In this document: positions 56,601 to 64,000 of the stretch, piece after piece
Layout: the number at the start of each line of letters is the position of its first letter
How positions within the stretch are numbered: the first letter of the stretch is position 1
Virus record (IMG/VR): IMGVR_UViG_3300041809_000571
Location: 243,841-307,840 of that record
Direction: 5' to 3' (one strand)
Origin: a virus
Length of the DNA: 64,000 bases
Program-made: the position numbers and the translations under genes
The notes under the pieces: model-generated
Told to the model about the DNA's origin: nothing
Database searches by the model: none
Seen by the model: the letters and a program-made list of their open reading frames with translations, nothing else

Positions 56601-58085
56601 ATTACAGGTATCTCCATCTCCAACAACATCCTCACCGTAAACTGCATCAACAGCTTTGGAGCAGGAGCGCCTCTCACACTCGCCGGGCTTACATCCGCTT
56701 CTTTCCTCAACGGTCAGAATGTGACCGTGGCGAGTTCCAACGGAACACAGTTCACCACTGTTTACAACCACAACGATTATGCCTTTGCTTCCGATACAGG
56801 AACGGCTACAGGAAGCTCCATCCAGAACAACCAGCAAGTCGTGGTGGGTTTCAATCAGTTTATCCTGCACGAGAACCTCAGCTTCGCTTCCATGGAGCCT
56901 CAGACCCTTAATGGCAGCGTTGCAAACTCCCTTGATAACAACGGGTTTGTGTATAATACGTGGCTTCCCGAGAGTTATGGCCGGTTTGATTTGACGTTGA
57001 ATGGGGCAGCATACAATACGGATGGGACCATCAACCTCACCAACTCCACCGGACTGGTGGGAGCGGGAGTTCCTCATGACAGCCGCTATATCGAAGTCCT
57101 CTATCAGACCAGCGTCAGCCTGCCCGCCTACGAGGTCATGATTGAGAACGTGGACTTTGTTCTTAACGTGGACACGACATCCGGCGCAGTGACCATTGCC
57201 CGCAATCTCGGCACCAATGCGACCAGCCGTATCCCAGACGGTGGGCAGGTGTTGGTGTCTTACTTCTACACCGAAGCATTCACCACGGCGACCGAGTATC
57301 CTTCGTTCGTTCCCATCTTGGTTAACCAGATAAACATCACCAAGGCAGCGGGTGCGAGCGTCCTTGTCAAGGCCATGGTTGCCAATCCTATCGACATCAC
57401 TTTGACGGTGACTCTCAATAGTGGCATCTCGCCGGATACGGTAGACTCCGCTGTGCGCACCGCCATTGACCAAGCGTTGGACAGCGCTACGGGAACTCTG
57501 TATCAGTCCAGCATCGTTTCATTGGTGCAGGCGATAAGTGGCGTCAAGTCGGTGGGAATCCCCCTCATCAAGTGCGCCAAGTCAGATGGTTCTTACGATA
57601 TCGGCTTTGTCATTCCCACGGGCACGCTGTGGACTCCTCTGACGAATGACCCGGCCTTTAGCGGACAAGCGGTGCCCGCCCACAGCTTCATCACCACCGT
57701 TCCCATTCTACCGGATAGCACGGTGCCCAGTGGCGGACCCGCCGAAGCATTTGTGGGATTGCTCTACGAGGGTCAGGCTTACGCCCGTACCTCTTCAATA
57801 AGCAACTTCCTGTCTACCGCTGCCACGCCCTTGGTTTCGTCACAGAACGGTTCTTTCTACATCATCGGTACCAACGACCCCGGCCTTGCTGTGCAATACC
57901 AAAGTGCCTATGCTCAAAAGGTCATCATCACCATCCCTGCGGATACCACTTCCCCTTCTTTGAAGTCTTACTTTGTCACCTTCCAAGTCTTTGGGGAAAG
58001 CTCGGCTAAGGATGTAAATCTATCCAGCACTGAGTATTTCACAGCAGGGCGTGTGACCATCAACTATGTCACGACGGGGAGCTAA
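53619..58085 (+). CDS. giant putative tail/baseplate-associated protein (1488 aa)
   Basis: Long Thr/Ser/Val-rich ORF with no confident domain call. Confidence 0.45.
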   Translation: MIPPSLGNPLTFIAPVIMTGSPPVQITAMSVDSSILSFVVQGEISYIRLEVSLSNEALVVSTASISGGIANFSGNATINLAGGDVPIQFIARNYDPSQIGWQATTTRAVGYVFVDDNGQVQKAIASTGSTGSNEPTVFTTAGANDDLSAIVTGIAIANNLLTVTSNHNFSVGMTVSFNNLQQATFLNGISVIVASVTPTSFTAIYAYTGSYTQSSPESGTSGVVTPDGNVTWLNVGPYTISPTVQFTIIPFQSGLAPVIGPPSGVTAYKSQASCRIEFLQPPYAGAIGTKVMLSTDPAGVNPPFVQYGDVIPLTQISRVATQVTTTNQTTNYNPESGQEIITTTNSVTTYTYNYVDIPPADVNNVTQFYAMLSTVVQDTTDNVVFESQQSGPVTCGFVNLSLASPTDFLALQRQQDIASRLITQMIKLYPSLDLTPRSEMRDLLIDPVSIELSNMSVREWFSRCSQSISAISQIDNASGSGVSDPFDSSPTKQQIARAYGLTADDTQTFIDQQFDHLAQSVGLTRGGATSSVVTLTFYTYTQPTTTSTFPTGIICATTGDASTPSITFQTTGSASITPSSAASFYNPVYGWWAVNVPASCQTTGSSTNVGAGTINSISSNAPAGWSVTNLAAAVFGVDDEINSHFAARIVNRQFTGVDSGTRNGYYTTAASTPGIVAVEVVAAGDLEMVRDWDNIRQKHVYGCVDVYCQGTSSSEEDDIVAFDYENTGAPGVYSTYLPLTLVSATNNLLKFQVVNSNFQALNWPLYQGVELIVQGLSNSFFLDISEAQFDTNGGHIILNPSANAYYISGSGATQVRIPYPTLAAPISNLAAVQGVGFNGTYLLNARLQSPLTDTPTNQPVTNVNSVIGQTDFTGTIPEALLDLVHTSDFLLNGGSNQAGDMVQVVSTATTPVTVTLTASTTTPVTIGTAMDITVDPSGVLGDVLSVRSSDLSTLYVNGSDYTLVPEPSPYGTPAGPYVGCYATYGLKTLTVSKTITGISISNNILTVNCINSFGAGAPLTLAGLTSASFLNGQNVTVASSNGTQFTTVYNHNDYAFASDTGTATGSSIQNNQQVVVGFNQFILHENLSFASMEPQTLNGSVANSLDNNGFVYNTWLPESYGRFDLTLNGAAYNTDGTINLTNSTGLVGAGVPHDSRYIEVLYQTSVSLPAYEVMIENVDFVLNVDTTSGAVTIARNLGTNATSRIPDGGQVLVSYFYTEAFTTATEYPSFVPILVNQINITKAAGASVLVKAMVANPIDITLTVTLNSGISPDTVDSAVRTAIDQALDSATGTLYQSSIVSLVQAISGVKSVGIPLIKCAKSDGSYDIGFVIPTGTLWTPLTNDPAFSGQAVPAHSFITTVPILPDSTVPSGGPAEAFVGLLYEGQAYARTSSISNFLSTAATPLVSSQNGSFYIIGTNDPGLAVQYQSAYAQKVIITIPADTTSPSLKSYFVTFQVFGESSAKDVNLSSTEYFTAGRVTINYVTTGS

Positions 58086-59566
58086 TGGCGACCAATAACA
58101 ATCCCGACCTTCTCTACCTGCTACCGAGGGAATCACTCCTCCTGTTCGAGGATGCCCGTCTGCTCGGCCTGTTGCAGGCTACCGCCAATTACTATCTTCC
58201 GAGGAATGACCAGCCGCAGTGGGGATATCTCCTTCGAGTGATAGCGCAGGAGCTTGCCAAGCTCGAATACGATTATCAGTATGACATTCAGGGGATTCAA
58301 CCACAGTACCTCACTCCTCCCGATATCAAGCGCCGGGATGCCGCCTCCCTTCAAATCAAGAGTGCCTACCCCTACCCGAATCAGTTTGACAAGGGAGATT
58401 TCACCGGATTCGGGGCGTTAGACAACCCCGTGGGCTACCGGGATATGCTCGTTGACCTCATCAATGCTTACGGCATGGGGGCGACCGCCGCAGCTATCGC
58501 CGCCGTCATTTACGCCTACACGGGCAAGACCGTGCAAGTGGTGGAGCTTTACAAGCTCATCGGGCAGGGGGTTTATGACCAGTCCGACCGTAACGCCATT
58601 CAGGTATCGGTGAACGTGGGGGGAAACAATCCTCTGAACAATGTTCTCAGCCTCACCCAGTTGCAGGAGATTGTACAGAATCTATATGGGGCTATCGACC
58701 TAGCCAAGCCCGCTCATGCGGGTTTGGAGTTCACCACAGTATTCACCGAAGCGGAGAACGTCAGTCTCAACATCAATGATATCCTGCGCATTATCATCCT
58801 CCAAGTGGAAAATCCTCCGCTCAGCCCCATGCTGTGGGTAGCACCCCTGTTCGACCCCAAGCACCCCAAGACCACCTTGGCGGCATACGGCAGACATCTG
58901 ACCCCAACACTTTCCCAAGCGGATTGGGAGGCACTCTACTATGTCCCCACTTCCCCGCCAACCCTACTCCCGGCTGAGTGGAACAGTGGAATGACCTATG
59001 CTCGGGGGGCCTTGGTGCAGTACTCCACCTCCAGTCCTCCCGTTCCCAGCTACCAGATGTATCGGGCACTTAAGCGCAACACCAATCAACCGCCGACCAT
59101 TGGTGCGAGTAATGCTTATTGGAAGCTGTTGCCTTCGCCTGCGGTGTGGCAGGCATACTACAGAAACACCTTTGGCATGTACACGGTGGGTATCGCCCCA
59201 TGGACAGCACTGACCACCTATTACACCGGTCAGTTCATCATCGACCCAAACGGTAATCTCCAGATTGCTATAGTAGGGGGAGTTAGTGGAATGACCGCCC
59301 CGGCCTTCTCTACCACGCAAGGGGGAACGGTAACTGATGGTACGACCAGCCCGCCGACCGCCGTGACGTGGGAGTGCCTCGGGACCAACTATCTTGTGGA
59401 TCCCAGTCAGTGGATTCAAATCGGTTGGGTTGCTGGCGGCGTATTCACCCCCACGGGAGAGGTTGCCAATTGGAATGTCAATAACCCCATGGGCCTGCTT
59501 GCCCCGAGGGAGAACACGGTGTGGGAGGTGAAGAGCGATACGCTCAACATCTTCAACGAGGATTAG
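58085..59566 (+). CDS. putative tail protein (493 aa)
   Basis: ORF coupled to the upstream gene. Confidence 0.4.
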   Translation: MATNNNPDLLYLLPRESLLLFEDARLLGLLQATANYYLPRNDQPQWGYLLRVIAQELAKLEYDYQYDIQGIQPQYLTPPDIKRRDAASLQIKSAYPYPNQFDKGDFTGFGALDNPVGYRDMLVDLINAYGMGATAAAIAAVIYAYTGKTVQVVELYKLIGQGVYDQSDRNAIQVSVNVGGNNPLNNVLSLTQLQEIVQNLYGAIDLAKPAHAGLEFTTVFTEAENVSLNINDILRIIILQVENPPLSPMLWVAPLFDPKHPKTTLAAYGRHLTPTLSQADWEALYYVPTSPPTLLPAEWNSGMTYARGALVQYSTSSPPVPSYQMYRALKRNTNQPPTIGASNAYWKLLPSPAVWQAYYRNTFGMYTVGIAPWTALTTYYTGQFIIDPNGNLQIAIVGGVSGMTAPAFSTTQGGTVTDGTTSPPTAVTWECLGTNYLVDPSQWIQIGWVAGGVFTPTGEVANWNVNNPMGLLAPRENTVWEVKSDTLNIFNED

Positions 59567-59604
59567 TAAAACAACTTTCTACCCCTTAATCAGGGAGGAA
59601 GTTT

Positions 59605-60537
59605 ATGTTCATTTATCTTATCGTTAATCACGAGACCGGCAAATACTATGTCGGTCAGCACAAAGGAAGCAATCTTAAGAAGTATCTTCAACAGAAGTTT
59701 CACCATGCTCAGAGGGGAATTTCCGAACGGTCCCATCTTTACAATTCAATGCGAGCGCACCCAGACCCCAAGGTCTGGTCTATTCATGCTCTCCGGTCGG
59801 ATATCCAGACCCGAGAAGAACTTGATGAGACCGAGCGGGACTTCATCAAATTTCTTAGGGCAACTGACCCTGAATATGGCTACAACATCTGCCGGGGAGG
59901 GGAAGGGTTTACCGGACCGCATTCTGCCGAAACCCGTAGGAAAATATCCAAAGCTGGCAGAAAATGGGCATTGGACCCGGCTAATGAAGAAGCTAAAAAG
60001 CTTCGTATAATGCGGTTACATGAAGCAAGAAAGAAGCATAAACGCCCCTCTGAGAATAAAGTTTGCCCGGTATGTCATACTCCATTCTCTGTTCCATTTG
60101 GTTGGAAAAATAGGATATATTGCTCACGATTTTGTTCTCTTCAACGATTAAGAACCACTGAATTTGAACAAGAACGATTGAACAGTCTTCGACAATCCCT
60201 TAAACTACCCAAGTCTCGTATTAATATGTCTACGGCTCAAGCTGTTAGACGAAAAGCGGAAAGAGAACGGGGAGTGAAACCCACCCCGCATATTTGGACT
60301 CAACAGGAACGAATCATACAAGCAGAACGAATGCGGTCCGTTGGTCATAAAAATAAAGGACGTACTTTATCGGACTTTCATAAACATACTATTTCTAATG
60401 CATTAAAAGGGTTAATGCGTGATGAAAAACGGAAAAACTCTCTCGATAAAGGCAGACACACTCGTTGGCATTCCTCACGAGGAGTTGTTAGTAAAGACTG
60501 CCGATTTTGTTTGGAGGGACTTTCCAAGCCTAATTAG
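59605..60537 (+). CDS. GIY-YIG homing endonuclease with a C-terminal Zn-finger / DNA-binding region
   Basis: MFIYLIVNHETGKYYVGQ (GIY...YVG), R...E and YNICRGGEG match GIY-YIG catalytic motifs; CPVCHTPF...YCSRFCS is a zinc finger. RBS AGGGAGGAAG. The ORF is inserted between tail genes and the ART-Nudix gene. Confidence 0.7.
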   Translation: MFIYLIVNHETGKYYVGQHKGSNLKKYLQQKFHHAQRGISERSHLYNSMRAHPDPKVWSIHALRSDIQTREELDETERDFIKFLRATDPEYGYNICRGGEGFTGPHSAETRRKISKAGRKWALDPANEEAKKLRIMRLHEARKKHKRPSENKVCPVCHTPFSVPFGWKNRIYCSRFCSLQRLRTTEFEQERLNSLRQSLKLPKSRINMSTAQAVRRKAERERGVKPTPHIWTQQERIIQAERMRSVGHKNKGRTLSDFHKHTISNALKGLMRDEKRKNSLDKGRHTRWHSSRGVVSKDCRFCLEGLSKPN

Positions 60538-63069
60538 ATGAGTGTAAAGACCAAGACAGCCTACATTTCGCCGACGTTTGCTACGCTGGAGATTTCAGCG
60601 ATGCACACAGGTTTGTCTCCCACCGCTTCCATTGTCCTCGATTTAGGAATCCCCAAGTTCACCACGTTCTCCATCAAGTTCCCCATCCCCGAGGAGACCC
60701 AAGCTTTTCAACAGGTCGCCAGTGAGGCACTGGGGGTTATGTTGGATGAGATGACCGCCTTCATGATATCGGTGGGCTACAAGAAAGAAGTCATCGCCAA
60801 GATTTATGCCCTCACGCTAGCCTGCTACAAGGATTTGGTCGCCAATGACCACCCGGAGAATCGGGAGAAGGACCCCAGTATTGGCTCCGTGCGGGGAGAG
60901 TTTCAAATCCCTGCGGACTTCATCAATGAGACCCAGCGGTATGTGGTGACAGCGGGTAAGAAGGTAGACCGCAGCCCCCGGCAGCGCCGGGTGGAGATTG
61001 TCCCCAAGCGTCCGGTCAACCCCTCCAAGAACGATGTTCTCAAGGCTATCCGGCGCTATCGCTTCCAAAGCATTAAGAGTCAGCCGTTCCCCTTATACCT
61101 CGTGGTCTATGACAACATGGGACAACCCAAGGGTACGCTGACACTGGGGCCGGGCTTCCACAATGAGCTTTTGAAGATGCAGTACAAAAAGAAAGGGGCT
61201 GACCAAGACCCCAACCAAGCCTACAAAGACGCTGTAAGGGCCGGTGGAGGCGTTTGGAAGGGCATCGGAGAGAACGGTCTTGGCGGGTGGATGGTTTATT
61301 TCGATAACGCTGCTACCCGGTCAACCCTCACTTTGGATACCACGGAAGTGACGCCCGAGGCGGTCGCAGCCAAAATTAAGTTGAATCAGGATGCCACGGA
61401 TGAACGAAGGAAGAAAATGGCCGGTCAGTGGGGACCTCGTTCCTATGATGGTGATTCTATTCACGATATATTAGACAGGCATCGGCCCGGATATGACGAC
61501 GTGGGAGACCGGGAGCATTTGGGTTTTGATGAACCCATCCCCGAGGAGCAGTTGCCGTCCCTGTACAAAGAGATTGAGGCACTGGACCTCAGCCAGCCGG
61601 ACATGATGCAGAACTACGTGGGCGTGGTAGTGTTTCTCATAGAGCATGGCACGCTGGTCCCCGATACTCTTCGCCACAAAGCGGCAGAGCTTGCCACGGC
61701 ACTTCTCACCGGCACCAAAGGCGGCGGGCCGGGCGGAGCCGACGAGCGGGGGTGGAAGCTTTGGAAAGACCCAGAGGAGCGCAAGCAGCGGCTTCGGGAG
61801 GAGATTGCCCTCTTGAGCAAGGGTTCTCTCGCCAAGGAAGCACGTTTCCTCCGCATTGATGAGATGCAGGCTTGGGGGACGGGCAAACAGGATGAGTATT
61901 ATGCTCAACACCCGGAGCTTGGCAGTCCGGGAAAGAAGCTGAATCTCATGGTCACCGAGCCGGACGGAACCTCCACTCCGTTAGCTAAAGCGGTGAAGGC
62001 GGACTACGGCCCTGACGCCCGGCGCTGTCCTGAGTGTGGCTCCTCCAATGTTCATACGGTCCCGCACGTGCGAGGCGATGTGACGCATTGTGACGATTGC
62101 CAGCACGAGGCCCACACCTCGTGGTTTAAGGGAGCGGCGGTTCACCCGGAGTATGGGGATAACACCGCTGCCGTAGAAGCCAACCGGCCTTTAGTCGCCA
62201 AGACAAACCTCGAACTTGCGGCGAAGGAGGGTATTGAAACTAAGGGGGAAAGCCTTGTTCTTTACCATGGCACCCGGAGCGCAATCAAGATACGGAATTC
62301 CGGGGTATTTCCCATCGGCACGTACTTTGCCACGACGGAAAAGGAAGCATGGCAGTGGGCTTTGTCGGCTTCCCCGCAGAAGAACCGGGCGGTAGTGCTG
62401 AAAGTCTTGGTGCCAGCGGGCACGGTGTTCCCCAGTGGAGGTGGTGTGAGGTATTTCAGCACTAACGAGCAGATTCCCTACCGTCCCATAGGGGAGCCTA
62501 AGACCGCCGACTATTACGACGAGCAGGGTTTCTGGGCCGGTGAGGGCGGCGGAGCCTCGGGGATTCTCCCGGTCTGCACTACAACGGGTCGTATTTGCTT
62601 TGCATGGCGGTCTCCCGAGGTCCAACAGGGTTCCTGCTGGGGAACTATCGGCGGAGCCATCCAGAGGGGTATGCAGCCCGGTGAGAGCGCCAAAGAGGAA
62701 CTCTGGGAGGAGACGGGGTACAGCGGAGGCATGACCCTCCATCCCGCCTACGTGTTCCAAAGTGGGACATTTCGTTACTTTAACTTCATCGGTGAGACGG
62801 CACAGGAATTCGACTTCCAGCCTCAAAGTGATGCCGTATGGGAGACCGAAGGATTAGAGTGGTTTACACTCCCGCAGGTCCGGGAGTACATGGCAAAAAG
62901 TCCCCATGAGTTTCACAGTGGGGTAATAGCCCTGTTCAAGAATTCGGGGAAGCTTATCGAGCAGATTTGTGCGAAGGCAGCCCCCAAGAAGGGAAAAGGC
63001 GATGGAAAACCAAGCAAGGTTAGAGAGTCCAGCACTGGTAAAGCTCCGGGAGCAGGCGGCACAGCTTAA
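60538..63069 (+). CDS. Multidomain protein: N-terminal unknown region, Zn-ribbon, PARP/diphtheria-toxin-like (H-Y-E class) ADP-ribosyltransferase domain, C-terminal Nudix-like domain
   Basis: LVLYHGTRSAIKIRNSGVF (the H-G-T/S motif of H-Y-E ARTs), GTYFATTEKEA (the Y-F-A motif, compare PARP GIYFADMVSKSANY) and VRYFSTNEQIPY (compare PARP YNEYIVY catalytic Glu) lie at about 62230..62500. The Nudix-like box GGAIQRGMQPGESAKEELWEETGY (REUxEExGU-like, R replaced by E) lies at 62651..62722, and the Zn-ribbon CPECGSS...HCDDCQ at about 62020..62115. Confidence 0.5.
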   Translation: MSVKTKTAYISPTFATLEISAMHTGLSPTASIVLDLGIPKFTTFSIKFPIPEETQAFQQVASEALGVMLDEMTAFMISVGYKKEVIAKIYALTLACYKDLVANDHPENREKDPSIGSVRGEFQIPADFINETQRYVVTAGKKVDRSPRQRRVEIVPKRPVNPSKNDVLKAIRRYRFQSIKSQPFPLYLVVYDNMGQPKGTLTLGPGFHNELLKMQYKKKGADQDPNQAYKDAVRAGGGVWKGIGENGLGGWMVYFDNAATRSTLTLDTTEVTPEAVAAKIKLNQDATDERRKKMAGQWGPRSYDGDSIHDILDRHRPGYDDVGDREHLGFDEPIPEEQLPSLYKEIEALDLSQPDMMQNYVGVVVFLIEHGTLVPDTLRHKAAELATALLTGTKGGGPGGADERGWKLWKDPEERKQRLREEIALLSKGSLAKEARFLRIDEMQAWGTGKQDEYYAQHPELGSPGKKLNLMVTEPDGTSTPLAKAVKADYGPDARRCPECGSSNVHTVPHVRGDVTHCDDCQHEAHTSWFKGAAVHPEYGDNTAAVEANRPLVAKTNLELAAKEGIETKGESLVLYHGTRSAIKIRNSGVFPIGTYFATTEKEAWQWALSASPQKNRAVVLKVLVPAGTVFPSGGGVRYFSTNEQIPYRPIGEPKTADYYDEQGFWAGEGGGASGILPVCTTTGRICFAWRSPEVQQGSCWGTIGGAIQRGMQPGESAKEELWEETGYSGGMTLHPAYVFQSGTFRYFNFIGETAQEFDFQPQSDAVWETEGLEWFTLPQVREYMAKSPHEFHSGVIALFKNSGKLIEQICAKAAPKKGKGDGKPSKVRESSTGKAPGAGGTA

Positions 63070-63739
63070 TGCCGCTGCACGGGGAAAGTGGGGGGAGAAA
63101 GTTCCTCCTCCGATAAAGAAGGGGAACATCACCGTCTACCGCCCGGACACCGGAGAGGTCCTTTACTCCGAGCGCAATATCATCACGTCCATATCCAGTT
63201 GGCTCTTTGCCCAGTTCATGGCGTGTGCCTCCCCCTTGAACCTCTCCCCACCACAGACTCAACCGGTCAGCATCGCTGCTACAGAACCGGCGTGGGGCGT
63301 CTGGGGGTTGGCTCTGGGCGCTGGCAGCCCCACGTGGGCACCAACTACTCAACCCGTGGAAACGGCCACTCAGGTAGAACTCATTCAACCGCTCGCCCGT
63401 GTGCAGTTGAGCCGGGTGAACTTCGTCACTCAGGACAGCAGCGGTAACTGGAACCCGCAGGCGGTGTTGACCACCAACGTGGAGTTTCAGACCACGGTGA
63501 ACAGCACGACCAACAACATCAATCAAGGCATCCGGGAAATGGGCCTCATTGGCGGCGGTATCGCCAACATGGGCAGCTATACCATGTTGACTGCTCCATA
63601 CTTCAACGGCAACCCGTCTTCCTATGCCACGGTGCAGGCCAGTCAGCAAACGGTCATTCTTTTGAATTACAAGACTTTGCCGCCACTGCTTCTGCCGCCC
63701 GGCATCGACATCATTTTCAGTTGGATATTCCAATTCTAG
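63002..63739 (+). CDS. hypothetical protein
   Basis: Start MENQARLES follows AAGGGAAAAGG; the listed longer ORF from 62969 overlaps the upstream gene. Confidence 0.35.
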   Translation: MENQARLESPALVKLREQAAQLNAAARGKWGEKVPPPIKKGNITVYRPDTGEVLYSERNIITSISSWLFAQFMACASPLNLSPPQTQPVSIAATEPAWGVWGLALGAGSPTWAPTTQPVETATQVELIQPLARVQLSRVNFVTQDSSGNWNPQAVLTTNVEFQTTVNSTTNNINQGIREMGLIGGGIANMGSYTMLTAPYFNGNPSSYATVQASQQTVILLNYKTLPPLLLPPGIDIIFSWIFQF

Positions 63740-63748
63740 GAGATTCAT

Positions 63749-64000
63749 GGGGAACATCTTAGCGGTGCAGTTGGGAGAATGGCAGGAGTTGTCGGATGGC
63801 GTAGTTGACACCGGCTATCGTGTCGTTCTCTCTACGCAACGTGTCCAGATGAATGTTCAGACCACCACTTTTTGGGGACAACAGATTCTCATGGCGACTG
63901 GCTCCCCATGGGGGGTGGGAACCGTGGACATTGGCTCCCTTTCGGTCATCGCCCAGTTTAACCTGTTCCTCAATCAGTTCGTAGGCAAGCGCCGGGGATG
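63749..64000 (+). CDS. hypothetical protein, 5' partial (continues beyond window end)
   Basis: ATG follows TAGGAGATTC. The reading frame is open from 63749 (MGNILAVQLGEW) to the window end with no stop; the ORF track omits it because it lacks a stop. Confidence 0.35.

Noticed and set aside
62230-62500. Tpt1/KptA RNA 2'-phosphotransferase assignment for the HGT-containing domain
   Set aside because: The Tpt1 N-lobe RNA-binding motifs (LSK...LRH) are absent. The H-G-T / Y-F-A / N-E-x-I-x-Y triad spacing fits the broader PARP/DT-like H-Y-E ART class better, so it is reported at that level. Tpt1 is a member of that class, so the two are not mutually exclusive.
1-64000. Alternative genetic code (stop-codon reassignment), as in some megaphages
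   Set aside because: Multiple ORFs of 1000 to 1900 aa are uninterrupted under the standard code, and the tRNAs found are ordinary sense-codon isoacceptors. No clear suppressor tRNA was identified; the UAU-loop type-II tRNA-like gene at 12007..12100 is too ambiguous to support this.
1-64000. Prophage boundary, integrase or attachment site (tmRNA and tRNA genes are classic integration targets)
   Set aside because: No integrase, recombinase or direct-repeat att candidates are present in the window. The tmRNA has its own phage-type promoter motif and sits amid phage genes on both sides, so it is interpreted as phage cargo rather than a host ssrA.

Overview
This window looks like a contiguous piece of a large tailed dsDNA phage (or a very recently integrated prophage). 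It encodes its own replication genes, lysis genes, many virion proteins of 800 to 1900 aa, two homing endonucleases, and a dense tRNA array with a tmRNA. No integrase or attachment site is visible. All calls below come from reading the sequence and the ORF track; no searches were run.

Layout:
- Left half (1 to ~22300), mostly minus strand. In order: glycosyltransferases flanking a roughly 1260-aa collagen-like fiber gene with a C-terminal pectate-lyase-like beta-helix; a metallophosphoesterase; a lone tRNA-Gly(CCC); a vWA protein; a LAGLIDADG endonuclease; a tmRNA (ssrA-like); an array of at least 17 canonical tRNAs plus several tRNA-like elements; a NADAR / HslV-like / Cys-rich gene cluster; a class-II-like ribonucleotide reductase; and a putative replication initiator with phased iteron repeats next to a DnaB-family helicase.
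- Right half (22380 to 64000), plus strand: a putative tape-measure protein, an SLT-domain protein, several giant structural proteins, an embedded RlpA-like plus GH24 lysozyme lysis cassette, a 1273-aa beta-helix tailspike, a 1912-aa protein with tandem Ig-like repeats, a GIY-YIG endonuclease, and an 843-aa protein carrying a PARP-like ADP-ribosyltransferase signature fused to a Nudix-like box.

The candidates I consider most likely to be new:
1. The tmRNA together with a tRNA set that covers every GNN codon (Gly, Ala, Val, Asp, Glu) plus Cys.
2. An ADP-ribose module (ART-Nudix fusion plus NADAR) that could act against host defence.
3. A collagen-like fiber with regularly spaced N-x-T sequon interruptions, flanked by glycosyltransferases.
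4. A recurring GTGGTATAMT / CAGTATTATA promoter-like motif at about ten sites.
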